This document shows, one piece after another, positions 22,266 to 31,987 of a stretch of DNA of 57,047 nt (its first letter is position 1; each line of letters starts with the position of its first letter). The stretch spans positions 1 to 57,047 of the forward strand of contig QILK01000102.1 of NCBI GenBank assembly GCA_003233345.1. The letters run 5' to 3'. The notes under the pieces were generated by a model. That model ran no database searches, was not told the origin of the DNA, and saw nothing but the letters and a program-made list of their open reading frames with translations. Position numbers and translations under genes: made by a program. This stretch comes from Gammaproteobacteria bacterium. Its GTDB lineage: Bacteria; Pseudomonadota; Gammaproteobacteria; SZUA-21.

Positions 22266-22472
22266 TTAAGCGGATTTATTCAATTCATCTCGAAGTATTT
22301 TGATATCGGTAGGCGCATGAATCGCTAGTTTGATCGCGCCATGTTCCCGACACTTGACGGATACACGAATAGGTCCGGAGGCAAATAACTCCTCTACTGT
22401 CATAGATGGATCAATGTTTTCATTAGGATATATGAGTACAGATTGGCCAGATTTTCTTTCTAAGACTAACAT
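22266..22472 (-). CDS. CsrA/RsmA-like protein with an internal insertion
   Basis: AAGGAG RBS then MLVLERKSGQSVLI...IKLAIHAPTDIKILRDEL matches the CsrA fold, with an extra YPNENIDPSMTVEELFASG segment. Confidence 0.75.
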   Translation of the reverse strand: MLVLERKSGQSVLIYPNENIDPSMTVEELFASGPIRVSVKCREHGAIKLAIHAPTDIKILRDELNKSA

Positions 22473-22736
22473 TATGGGACTCCTTTCCATTTAATGAACT
22501 ACCCTGAGCGGTAATTCAACTAGTGGAAAATATAAGTTTACACTTTATAGTTTATAGTTTAATTCCAAGTGAGCCTATGTCTATACAAACCTGTCGGTTT
22601 TTAGGACAAAGTCACAATAAATGTCATAATTATAAAATAAACAAGAACTTGTGTTAAGTTTAGGTAATGATTACTGCTTTGCAACAATAGAACAAGCAGT
22701 ATTTACTAAAATTGCTTCAGAATTTTATAATATATA

Positions 22737-23798
22737 ATGGCTCGATTTAGAGCGATGTCAAGCCGGATTCTAAATCAGAAAAATAGGAAAAAAAGGGTTG
22801 TGTCGAAGAAAAATAATCTTATAGCAAGTTCGGTCGGGTTCGCGGAAAAAAATGGTTGTTTTGGCAAAAATAGAGTGAGTAAAAATTATATTCGCCATCA
22901 TGTTCAAGCAGCAGAGATTAGTGCGTTAGAAAAAATGGTACAAGGGGCAGTCGCCCAACTAATCCGTAACAAACGCGATGATATAAGCCAAGTTCTGAAA
23001 AAAATGCCAAGATTTTATTTTATGTTAACCGGCTTGCATGAAGATCATATTATCGGCGGTATCATGTCGCCAAGTAAAGACAGTGTTGGAATGGATTTTC
23101 CATTTGTTGTTTTTAAGCATTTAATCGTAAAAAATGTTAAACGCTTAAAGGCAATCGCGCCAATAGTGCTCCACGAATTTTATGAAAAATCGGCGCAGTT
23201 GTTGTCGATGGACTGGACAAAGCAGACACTGGAAAATTTGTTAATGACAATAGACGCAGCCCCACGTTCACAATTGGAATCTGACGGTGACGAACTATTT
23301 GAAAACATGATAGACCTTTATAAAAATATCAGTATTAGTTCTTATTGGCAGAGCTTACAAAAGGATTGCAGTGCTAAAGAAAAAGCACTATTCATCACTG
23401 CGCTAATGTCAGCGATTAAAACAGTGGTGATAGAGTCGCCTGATAAAACGCCCTGGGGTTTGCGCATACCCTTACCGAATGGTGAGTTGCAGTGGCCGTA
23501 TATCTCGTTTTTTATTCAATTAGTTGAAACCATGTTGCGAAAAGTAAATTGGAGTGCATCGATTTTCTGGCACGATCAATCGGCACAGCGAAAGCCTTCA
23601 ATGACGGTATTTTTTAGCCCAATGACGGTGCCCGGTATCTCGGCACTAATTGATCCGAGTAAAAATACGGGTGCGATCATTGACATTAAAAAAAAAATGT
23701 CTTCGACCGAAAATCCTGCGCAACAAGCGATTGAAATTGCTAATCGTAGCGAACTAGATTTAATGGATTCTCTATATTGTTGGAGTGGATTCGGATAG
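22737..23798 (+). CDS. TagF/ImpM-like (type VI secretion-associated) protein, orphan
   Basis: GCFGKNRVSKNYIRHH resembles GxFGKLPxxGDFV, and GGIMSPSKDSVGMDFPF resembles GVLMPSxDRVGRxFPL. Start codon uncertain. Confidence 0.65.
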   Translation: MARFRAMSSRILNQKNRKKRVVSKKNNLIASSVGFAEKNGCFGKNRVSKNYIRHHVQAAEISALEKMVQGAVAQLIRNKRDDISQVLKKMPRFYFMLTGLHEDHIIGGIMSPSKDSVGMDFPFVVFKHLIVKNVKRLKAIAPIVLHEFYEKSAQLLSMDWTKQTLENLLMTIDAAPRSQLESDGDELFENMIDLYKNISISSYWQSLQKDCSAKEKALFITALMSAIKTVVIESPDKTPWGLRIPLPNGELQWPYISFFIQLVETMLRKVNWSASIFWHDQSAQRKPSMTVFFSPMTVPGISALIDPSKNTGAIIDIKKKMSSTENPAQQAIEIANRSELDLMDSLYCWSGFG

Positions 23799-23823
23799 CC
23801 ACGTCAGCGTAAAGCCAAGTTTT

Positions 23824-24423
23824 TTATCGCCCCCTGCAGATGATGACCGCATGCGCGGGCTTGCTAATCTGCCGCCATTTTCCGCTTGCCTTCCATTTTG
23901 TTTTGCATTCAGCTGCGAATGAAACAGTAAAGGTCAGGCGCATTTTTCTATCCTCACGCATAAAATCCAGTTTTGATACGCCCTGAGATATCTTTTGTTG
24001 CATATAAGCGTTACAGGATTTTACCGGAGATGTCGATGCACTAAAATGCATGCGACTCACTTTTACGCGAAAGTTATAAGATTGAACCGGCATATTTGAT
24101 TGGCGTCGTCCGGCAATTTCTTTATAAAATATTTTTTGTGGATCGTCCATATGACCACTCAAAAGATTGAATTTACCGAGTCCAATGAAGGCGCGCATTA
24201 ACTCATATTGTTGACTGCAACGGGCGCTAAAATTAACTGGAATATTGATATCGGTTGTCTGTATCCGGCTATATTGGTTGCCGTCATTCGAGACGATAAT
24301 CCTTGGTAACTGAGTTGCTTGTTGGGCACTGATCCGAAAATCAATTTGCTCAATCGGGTTAGCGGCAACAGCAATGTTCATAAATATAAATAGGTTGGCA
24401 ATCAATATAAATATTTTTGTCAT
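23824..24423 (-). CDS. Hypothetical secreted protein
   Basis: Sec-type signal peptide (AVA-A), beta-rich body, four Cys; no family recognised. Confidence 0.7.
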   Translation of the reverse strand: MTKIFILIANLFIFMNIAVAANPIEQIDFRISAQQATQLPRIIVSNDGNQYSRIQTTDINIPVNFSARCSQQYELMRAFIGLGKFNLLSGHMDDPQKIFYKEIAGRRQSNMPVQSYNFRVKVSRMHFSASTSPVKSCNAYMQQKISQGVSKLDFMREDRKMRLTFTVSFAAECKTKWKASGKWRQISKPAHAVIICRGR

Positions 24424-24612
24424 GGTATTTTTCTTTTCAATGTTTATAAAGTTAGTCGTGTTGGGTCACTCAGAGTCTACCCTAGTAGACTATTAAAATC
24501 AGTCAGTGATATCAAGGTTTGTCTAATTAAAAGACTCAAAATCAATATAAGTCATCTCTAATTTATATATTGGCTACTACAATTGTAGGAATCCAGGCTT
24601 GGGATCCCTGGG

Positions 24613-24652
24613 AGCTAAGTTAAGCTAAGTTAAGCTAAGTTAAGCTAAGTTA
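24613..24652. repeat. 10-bp tandem repeat (AGCTAAGTTA)x4
   Basis: Four perfect units in the divergent intergenic region between the 23824-24423 gene and the 24787 gene. Confidence 0.95.
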
Positions 24653-24786
24653 ATAATTTTATCGTGGTAGTCTAAAGTTGCGTTATGCGGCATTTGTTCT
24701 AAAGTAAAGTTTCTAATCAAGTATTCAAGTTATAGAGGATTAGAATATTTTGCGCTAATTTTGACGATGTCGTTAAGGAGTGTTAA

Positions 24787-25848
24787 ATGAACAAAACTGT
24801 AAGATTACTCGTTATTGCAATAGTGACTACTCTGCTAGTCAGTGGTTGTAAGATGTGGCCTTTTAAAAAGAAGTCGTCCGATAAACCGCAAACACAGGCA
24901 GTCAAAAAAGATGCGGGCCATGGACATGATTATCGTACGTTCCATGTCAGTGGAAAAATAAGCTATGGCAAAATTGGTGATTCTTATACGTCTGACTTGG
25001 TCATGTATCTAGCGGGTAACCAGTTTATGGTTATGCAAGAATTAATACAGGATTTCCAATCCAGGAATCCAGACATCAAAACGGTTTACGTAGAAACGAT
25101 TCCCCCAGGTCAAATTCTTAAAGGGCAAATTCTCAAACAAGGAATGATCGATGGTCAGAAGACTAATCAGGTACCCGATTTATTTGCCAGTGTTAATATC
25201 AAGCATTTAAAGAAACTGCGTGGCAAATATATTATGTCCAAGTACATAATATATACGCATAATAAATTGGAGTTAATGGTTGCTGAAGGTAATCCTAAGA
25301 ATATTAAAGGCCCAAAGGATTTAGGGCGAGATGATCTAGTACAGTCACATCCGAATCCGCTGACAGAAGGTATTTTTAAATTTTACGGCATCGCCATGCT
25401 TAAAAAATTAAAAATATATAAAAAAGTCACGGGGGGTAAAAAGTGTAAACAGTGTTGGGCGGTTGAGGGTAAAACCTGGTTTACCAGCAGGCACCATCGG
25501 GAAACTCCACATCGAATTGAAAACGGTAAAGCCGATGTTGGTATCGTCTGGACTACAGAAGTCGTCCACGCCAAGGCCAAAGGCAGAAAAATAGATGGGG
25601 TTGCCATTCCAAGAAAATATAATATGCGTGACCGCGTGGGTTATGCGATTGGACCATTAAACAAGGCAAAAAACAAAAAGAATGCCGTCCGCTTTATCAA
25701 ATATCTGTCAACAAAAGACGCGCAGGGTATTTATGCAAAATACGGTTTTATCAAGGCCAGCAAACGCGATCTTCGTTATCGATGGATTCCAAAACCTAAA
25801 AGGAAAGCACGGAAAAAGTCGAGAAAGGTGAAAAAGGCAAAAAAATAG
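24787..25848 (+). CDS. Extracellular solute-binding lipoprotein (ModA/sulfate-binding-like fold)
   Basis: Lipobox LVSG-C21, LAGNQFMV, AEGNPKNIKGPKDL, ADVGIVWTTE, YAKYGF; very basic C-terminal tail. Confidence 0.75.
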   Translation: MNKTVRLLVIAIVTTLLVSGCKMWPFKKKSSDKPQTQAVKKDAGHGHDYRTFHVSGKISYGKIGDSYTSDLVMYLAGNQFMVMQELIQDFQSRNPDIKTVYVETIPPGQILKGQILKQGMIDGQKTNQVPDLFASVNIKHLKKLRGKYIMSKYIIYTHNKLELMVAEGNPKNIKGPKDLGRDDLVQSHPNPLTEGIFKFYGIAMLKKLKIYKKVTGGKKCKQCWAVEGKTWFTSRHHRETPHRIENGKADVGIVWTTEVVHAKAKGRKIDGVAIPRKYNMRDRVGYAIGPLNKAKNKKNAVRFIKYLSTKDAQGIYAKYGFIKASKRDLRYRWIPKPKRKARKKSRKVKKAKK

Positions 25849-25863
25849 TCGCACGTCGATCAT

Positions 25864-25896
25864 AAGCCTCCGTATTAGCTATGCAGAGGCTTTTTT
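25864..25896 (+). terminator. Rho-independent terminator between convergent genes
   Basis: AAGCCTC...GAGGCTT stem followed by a T run. Confidence 0.7.
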
Positions 25897-25906
25897 CTAT
25901 GGCTAT

Positions 25907-26317
25907 TTAATTAATCGTTGGACTCTGGGTCTCGAATTTTTCCGATAGCAGATTAAATAATTCATTCCATGCTGACCGTACCTCTTCGGTATACTGTTCG
26001 CCTAAGCCATGTTCAAGCGCCCATGAAAACGCATTATAAGAAAGGTCGTGTCCTTTCTCCATCACACCGTAACCAATATGGGCCTCGGACATCAGTATAA
26101 GAATGGGCGTCAATGTATCCGGATCGTCCAGGGAGTTAACCAGCATATTAAAAGAGGCCATGAGTTTTTTAACTTGTTCAACATGGTCAGGATTGAATGA
26201 AAACAAACCCGGATTCAGTTCTGATAAGCGGTCATAAAATAGTTCGCCTGCTGTTTGGGAAATCGGCATGACCTTTTCCCAACTTTCTTTTACTAGATAT
26301 ATCTGTTCAGGTGTCAT
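25907..26317 (-). CDS. Single-domain globin (flavohaemoglobin-like globin domain)
   Basis: MTPEQIYLVKESW, ELFY (B10 Tyr), EQVKKLM (E7 Gln), AHIGYGV (F8 His), AWNELF. Confidence 0.85.
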   Translation of the reverse strand: MTPEQIYLVKESWEKVMPISQTAGELFYDRLSELNPGLFSFNPDHVEQVKKLMASFNMLVNSLDDPDTLTPILILMSEAHIGYGVMEKGHDLSYNAFSWALEHGLGEQYTEEVRSAWNELFNLLSEKFETQSPTIN

Positions 26318-26564
26318 AACGCTCCTCCTGGTAAAATATCACGATATCCAGATCGCTAAATTTAAAATTAGAGTAAAAGCGAATAAGCTTAAGTTTATGT
26401 AAAAATCAAACAGCTATCAATATTGACAGGCAAAATAAAACTAAGAAAAACTAGCTCTAATTGGCAATATCAAATAATAAAAATTTAAATGCTTAATAAG
26501 AAATATGGATGAGGAGTAGTGATTGGCGTATCAGTACAAACTAAGTGACTGATTATAAAAATAT

Positions 26565-26593
26565 AAAAAGAAGCCGTATTAAATAATACGGCT
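26565..26593 (-). terminator. Rho-independent terminator downstream of the 26623-26970 gene
   Basis: 9-bp stem AGCCGTATT/AATACGGCT followed on the minus strand by TCTTTTT. Confidence 0.7.
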
Positions 26594-26622
26594 ATGGAAG
26601 AAAACCTCTATCGCGTTTGCTA

Positions 26623-26970
26623 CTAGTCGATGCGATTGGAAAGTGTAGAAGGGCCAAACTGGGTACGAAACCACTGTCCAATGGCTCGGGAAATCAAACA
26701 GTAACCAAAGACGATAAAACAACTTTCGAGTGTTACCTGCTTTAAAAGTACCGCGTTAACAATGTTGTATTCGCCAAAGCCATTGCTGTTTAGAACCCAT
26801 AACATTGAGGTGTTTGCGACGATAATCGCTATACCAAAAAACATAAAGTGAAACGATTCAAACTGCCGGACTTTCGGTTTGTTAAATAGACCGGCCAATG
26901 CAAAAACGATAAAAAATATCGCGAGCACAAACCACTGGTCTGTGTTTCCGGGTTGGGTTATTGGTAACAT
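26623..26970 (-). CDS. Hypothetical membrane protein (3 TM)
   Basis: 115-aa ORF with three hydrophobic segments and its own terminator. Confidence 0.6.
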   Translation of the reverse strand: MLPITQPGNTDQWFVLAIFFIVFALAGLFNKPKVRQFESFHFMFFGIAIIVANTSMLWVLNSNGFGEYNIVNAVLLKQVTLESCFIVFGYCLISRAIGQWFRTQFGPSTLSNRID

Positions 26971-27342
26971 TGTTGGGCTGCCTCTAGTATAATTATTATT
27001 TAGTTACTATTTTTATTGTTATTTTATGGATTCAGTATTTGTGTGTTTTTACTGTGATCCAGTTACTACTTATTTCTTTTTAATTATGCGAACAAAATAC
27101 AATATGTACGAATAATGTTCAACCATTAATTTATTATTATAATTAAAAAATAGTGTAAGATTTTGCCAGTTTCCCAACAGGTTTTATTTAGTTTGTATTA
27201 AATACAATAATTTCAATTGCTTATAGTAAAGTAAACGGTGTCAGTCTATTGGCAGACTTTATTTGTTATTAGCATTGCGGTGTTAACTGTATCCATTAAA
27301 ATACGTGAACCAGAGCGAATACTAAAATAATAGGGTAATTCT

Positions 27343-30300
27343 ATGACAAGCAGGTTTATTCATTTAAGTGTGCATACTGAATATGCGCTAATCGATAGCC
27401 TGATCCGAATAAAATCCCTGATTAAACATACAAAATCAATGGATATGCCGGCCATTGCAGTGACGGATCATTGTAATTTGTTCGCGATGGTAAAGTTTTA
27501 TCGTCAAGCGATGGCGCAAGGGATTAAACCAATCGTCGGTTCCGATGTATGGATACGCCATGAAAAAGATATCGCGCATCCTTATCGGTTGACTTTGCTG
27601 TGTAAAAATCTGGAAGGTTATCGTAATTTAGCGCAATTATTGACTAAAGCTTACTTGCAAGGTCAACATAATGGCATAGCGATGTTGGAAAAAGACTGGA
27701 TAGAAGAGCACTCAACTGGACTAATAGCGTTATCAGGCGGGATGGAAGGTGATATAGGCCAGGCGCTGGTTAATGATGATCATAAGCGTGCATTGAAATA
27801 TTGTCAGCACTGGCAACGATTATTCCCGGATTCGTTTTATATTGAGTTGGTGCGTGTCGGTAAGCCTGGCGAAGAAACTTACGTGCGGTCGGCCGTCAAG
27901 CTTGCAATAAAGACACACCTGCCCGTTGTCGCCAGCAATCGTGTTTGCTTTATCGCGGCAGAAGATTTTCAGGCACACGAAACCCGGGTATGTATACACG
28001 ATGGCCGTACACTCGGCGATAGTCGCCGACCGAAAAACTATACCCCGGAACAATATCTCAAAAGCGCAGAAGCGATGGCCGTTCTATTTGCAGATATTCC
28101 TCAAGCGCTGGAAAATACGCTGGAGATCGGTAAACGTTGTAGTCTTGATATTACGCTGGGGGAGAGTTGCTTACCAAAATTTCCGGTGCCGAATCAAAGC
28201 ATATCGGAGACCGATTACCTGGCGCAATTGGCGGACGTTGGTTTACATGAAAGATCAAAGCAGTTAGAGACAGCGTTAATCCCTTCCTATTTTGAACGTC
28301 TGAAAATGGAACTTGAGGTGATATCCAATATGGGTTTCCCCGGGTATTTTTTAATCGTATCCGAATTTATAAACTGGGCCAAAGAGAATCGCATTCCCGT
28401 CGGTCCCGGTCGTGGTTCAGGTGCCGGTTCGATTGTTGCGTGGGCACTGGGCATTACCGATCTGGACCCGATAAAATATGAATTGCTTTTTGAACGGTTT
28501 TTAAATCCTGAGCGTGTATCAATGCCGGATTTTGATGTCGATTTTTGTATGGATCGTCGTGACGAAGTGATTGAACACGTTGCTGACACTTATGGTCGAG
28601 ATTCCGTCTCGCAAATTATTACTTATGGCACCATGGCGGCAAAGGCGGTGATACGTGATGTGGGTAGGGTCTTAAGCCACCCTTATGGATTTGTTGATCG
28701 AATCGCAAAGCTAATTCCCTTTGAGATAGGCATGACATTGGATAAGGCGCTTAAGCAGGAACCGGAGTTGGATGCGCTTTATAAAAATGAAGACGAAGTC
28801 CGGGAACTGATCGATCTGGCGAAAATATTGGAAGGCTTGGCCCGAAATGCGGGGAAACATGCCGGTGGTGTGGTTATCGCGCCTTCCAAGCTTACCGATT
28901 TTTGCCCGCTTTATTGTGAACAGGGTTCTGTCAATACCGTTACCCAATTTGACAAGAATGATGTGGAAGCGGTCGGCCTGGTAAAATTTGATTTTCTGGG
29001 CTTGCGCACACTGACGATTATTGACTGGGCGCTGGAAACCATTAATGACAAGCGAGCTAAAAATGGTGAGGATGCCATTCGGATCGACCAGATTCCTACC
29101 GATGATGTCCGTGTTTTTGATTTACTAAAACGCTGCCAGACCACGGCGGTGTTCCAGCTTGAATCACGTGGTATGAAAGACTTAATTAAACGCTTGCAAC
29201 CGGACAGCTTCGAGGAAATTATCGCGCTGGTTGCCTTGTTTCGTCCCGGGCCTTTGCAATCAGGCATGGTGGACGATTTTATTGATCGAAAACACGGTGC
29301 GCTTATTGAGTATCCACACCCGTCGCTGGAGACTATTTTAGAGCCCACCTATGGTGTTATTCTTTATCAAGAGCAAGTCATGCAGATTGCGCAGGTACTG
29401 GCACTGTATACACTGGGCGGTGCCGACTTACTTAGACGGGCAATGGGTAAGAAAAAACCGGAAGAGATGGCGAAGCAAAGATCGGTTTTTATTGCGGGTG
29501 CCAAGCGCAACAACGTGGCAGAAAAATTGTCTTCGTCGATATTTGATTTAATGGAAAAATTTGCCGGATACGGATTTAACAAATCCCACTCCGCCGCTTA
29601 TGCGCTGGTTTCTTATCAAACCGCTTGGTTGAAAACCCATTATCCATCCGCGTTTATGGCGGCGGTTTTATCGTCGGATATGGATAACACTGACAAGGTT
29701 GTCAATCTGATCGAAGAGTGCCGCGACATTAAATTACATGTTATGCCACCTGATGTAAATACATCACGCTATGGCTTTACGGTTAGCGAACAAACCGAAG
29801 ATGTTATTTTGTATGGTTTGGGTGCGATTAAAGGGGTCGGTGAAGCGGCAATTGAAATTATCATTGAAGAAAGAAATCGCCATGGTGCTTACAAGAATCT
29901 AGTCGATTTTTGCCAGCGACTGAACCTGAGAAAGGTTAACCGTCGTGTGATTGAGGCCTTGATACGTGCCGGTGCGATGGATTTGCTAGGTTATAATCGG
30001 GCTTCGCTCATGGGTGCCGTGACCGAATCGTTAAAGGCTGCCGAGCAATTTTTAAAAAATATCAATAGTGGTATGCAGGACTTGTTTGGCGAAACCGATG
30101 CGCCGAATGAGGTTTCTATTGTTGAAAAAAAATTATCTGACTGGGATGATGAAACCCGTTTAAACGGTGAAAAAGAAACGTTGGGTTTGTATTTGACGGG
30201 TCATCCCGTCGAGCGATATGAAAGTGAATTAAAGCATATCGTCAGCGGTCGCCTCGCGTCATTGATAGATTCGGCCACTTTACCGGATGATGGGGCGATT

Positions 30301-30849
30301 TCCGATACACCTGTTTACAATGGCAAAAAGGGTAAAAATGGTGAGCGTCAGGTAATCGCTGCTGGGTTAACAACTGAGATTAGAGTATTTAATACCCGCC
30401 GAGGTCGAATGGCGGTCATTACGTTAGATGATCGAACTGGACGCATTGATATAACACTTTTTAACGAAATCTACGAAATATATCAAAATCAATTGGTTAA
30501 AGATAAAATACTGGTCGTGGAAGGGTCGCTCGGGCCCGATACCTATACCGGTGGCGTACGTATACTTGCTGATCGTTTGTTCACAATAGCGGAAGCGCGC
30601 ACATTTTTTGGTCAACGGCTGGTGATACAATTAAAACAAGATCAACAAAAACAGGAAATATTAAAGTCATTGGCCGCCGCTATGTCGCCCTTTAAACAAG
30701 GCGAATGTCCGGTTTGGGTGCAGTATCAAAATCAGGCCGCAAACGCAAAATTGCCATTGGACGCGGCATGGCAAGTGACACCCTCGGATGAGTTGCTATC
30801 CAGACTAAGAGCTGTCGCCGGGGAAAAAAGTGTTTGGTTGGAATATTAA
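27343..30849 (+). CDS. dnaE: DNA polymerase III alpha subunit
   Basis: PHP domain (HLSVHTEY), GRGSGAGS, FERFLNPERVSMPDFDVDF, KFDFLGL, YGFNKSH, OB fold. Confidence 0.99.
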   Translation: MTSRFIHLSVHTEYALIDSLIRIKSLIKHTKSMDMPAIAVTDHCNLFAMVKFYRQAMAQGIKPIVGSDVWIRHEKDIAHPYRLTLLCKNLEGYRNLAQLLTKAYLQGQHNGIAMLEKDWIEEHSTGLIALSGGMEGDIGQALVNDDHKRALKYCQHWQRLFPDSFYIELVRVGKPGEETYVRSAVKLAIKTHLPVVASNRVCFIAAEDFQAHETRVCIHDGRTLGDSRRPKNYTPEQYLKSAEAMAVLFADIPQALENTLEIGKRCSLDITLGESCLPKFPVPNQSISETDYLAQLADVGLHERSKQLETALIPSYFERLKMELEVISNMGFPGYFLIVSEFINWAKENRIPVGPGRGSGAGSIVAWALGITDLDPIKYELLFERFLNPERVSMPDFDVDFCMDRRDEVIEHVADTYGRDSVSQIITYGTMAAKAVIRDVGRVLSHPYGFVDRIAKLIPFEIGMTLDKALKQEPELDALYKNEDEVRELIDLAKILEGLARNAGKHAGGVVIAPSKLTDFCPLYCEQGSVNTVTQFDKNDVEAVGLVKFDFLGLRTLTIIDWALETINDKRAKNGEDAIRIDQIPTDDVRVFDLLKRCQTTAVFQLESRGMKDLIKRLQPDSFEEIIALVALFRPGPLQSGMVDDFIDRKHGALIEYPHPSLETILEPTYGVILYQEQVMQIAQVLALYTLGGADLLRRAMGKKKPEEMAKQRSVFIAGAKRNNVAEKLSSSIFDLMEKFAGYGFNKSHSAAYALVSYQTAWLKTHYPSAFMAAVLSSDMDNTDKVVNLIEECRDIKLHVMPPDVNTSRYGFTVSEQTEDVILYGLGAIKGVGEAAIEIIIEERNRHGAYKNLVDFCQRLNLRKVNRRVIEALIRAGAMDLLGYNRASLMGAVTESLKAAEQFLKNINSGMQDLFGETDAPNEVSIVEKKLSDWDDETRLNGEKETLGLYLTGHPVERYESELKHIVSGRLASLIDSATLPDDGAISDTPVYNGKKGKNGERQVIAAGLTTEIRVFNTRRGRMAVITLDDRTGRIDITLFNEIYEIYQNQLVKDKILVVEGSLGPDTYTGGVRILADRLFTIAEARTFFGQRLVIQLKQDQQKQEILKSLAAAMSPFKQGECPVWVQYQNQAANAKLPLDAAWQVTPSDELLSRLRAVAGEKSVWLEY

Positions 30850-30925
30850 AAGTAAAATAGTAATCAAATGCGTAAAATACTATAATTAATAATAATTTTT
30901 AATCATCTATCTGGTATGAATATTT

Positions 30926-31882
30926 ATGAACCTTAATTTTCTCGATTTCGAACAACCCATCGCCGAGTTGCAGGCAAAAATTGAAGAATTGCGACTGGTC
31001 GGAAGTGATAATGAAATCAATATCAGCGAGGAAATAGAAAAACTGGAAGTAAAAAGCAAAGCCTTGACGGCATCGATATTCAGCTCATTGACACCCTGGC
31101 AAATTTCTCAATTGGCCAGGCACCCACAGCGTCCCTATACGCTGGATTATATTCAAAATATTTTTACCGATTTTGAAGAGTTGCATGGTGATCGGACCTA
31201 TGGCGATGACAAGGCGATTGTCGGTGGCATCGCGAAGCTGGACAACACACCGGTGATGATTATCGGTCACCAAAAAGGCCGTGATACTAATGAAAAAGTG
31301 CGAAGAAATTTTGGTATGTCGAGGCCAGAAGGATATCGCAAGGCGTTGAGACTAATGAAAATGGCAGAACGCTTTCGCATGCCAGTCCTAACGTTTATTG
31401 ATACACCGGGTGCCTATCCTGGTGTTGGCGCAGAGGAACGCGGACAGAGTGAAGCGATTGCCCGGAATCTTTTTGAACTTTCCTATTTGCGAAGTCCGAT
31501 TATCTGTCTTGTTATTGGTGAAGGCGGATCAGGCGGTGCATTGGCTATCGGCGTCGGCGACCGGGTATTGATGCTGGAATACAGTACCTATTCGGTTATT
31601 TCGCCTGAGGGGTGTGCTTCAATCTTGTGGAAAAGTCCTGATAAAGCATCAGACGCGGCTGAAGCAATGGGTATTACATCGTCGCGACTGATCGAGCTTG
31701 AATTGATCGATCAGGTTATTAAAGAACCGTTAGGCGGTGCCCATCGGGATATCAGTTTTACGTCCAGTGAAATCAAAAACGCGTTGATCGAAAATCTTGA
31801 TACCTTAAAGTATATCGAGATTGATAATTTACTCAAATTACGTTATGAAAGGCTCACGCAGTACGGTGTCTTCAAGGCCTAA
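30926..31882 (+). CDS. accA: Acetyl-CoA carboxylase carboxyltransferase alpha
   Basis: [42 protein letters not shown]. Confidence 0.99.
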   Translation: MNLNFLDFEQPIAELQAKIEELRLVGSDNEINISEEIEKLEVKSKALTASIFSSLTPWQISQLARHPQRPYTLDYIQNIFTDFEELHGDRTYGDDKAIVGGIAKLDNTPVMIIGHQKGRDTNEKVRRNFGMSRPEGYRKALRLMKMAERFRMPVLTFIDTPGAYPGVGAEERGQSEAIARNLFELSYLRSPIICLVIGEGGSGGALAIGVGDRVLMLEYSTYSVISPEGCASILWKSPDKASDAAEAMGITSSRLIELELIDQVIKEPLGGAHRDISFTSSEIKNALIENLDTLKYIEIDNLLKLRYERLTQYGVFKA

Positions 31883-31886
31883 AAAG

Positions 31887-31975
31887 GGGGAGATGCCGAT
31901 AAGCTAAAACTTAAGACTCAAGTAGATCAAGACCATAAGAGACTAGCCTTAAGTTATTAACTTATCAGTGTCCCC
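31887..31975. repeat. Family B palindrome (accA-tilS), left arm degenerate
   Basis: Right arm CTTAAGTTATTAACTTATCAGTGTCCCC (31948-31975). Inner segments match the other copies in inverted orientation. Confidence 0.85.
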
Positions 31976-31987
31976 ATAGTTGTTGAC

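Noticed and set aside
22737-23798. Type VI secretion cluster
   Set aside because: Only a TagF-like gene; no tss, hcp or vgrG genes in the window.
24613-24652. CRISPR array
   Set aside because: Units are 10 bp and directly adjacent with no spacers; no cas genes in the window.
27343-30849. Intein or split in dnaE
   Set aside because: Length (1168 aa) and motif order are normal; no intein signatures.
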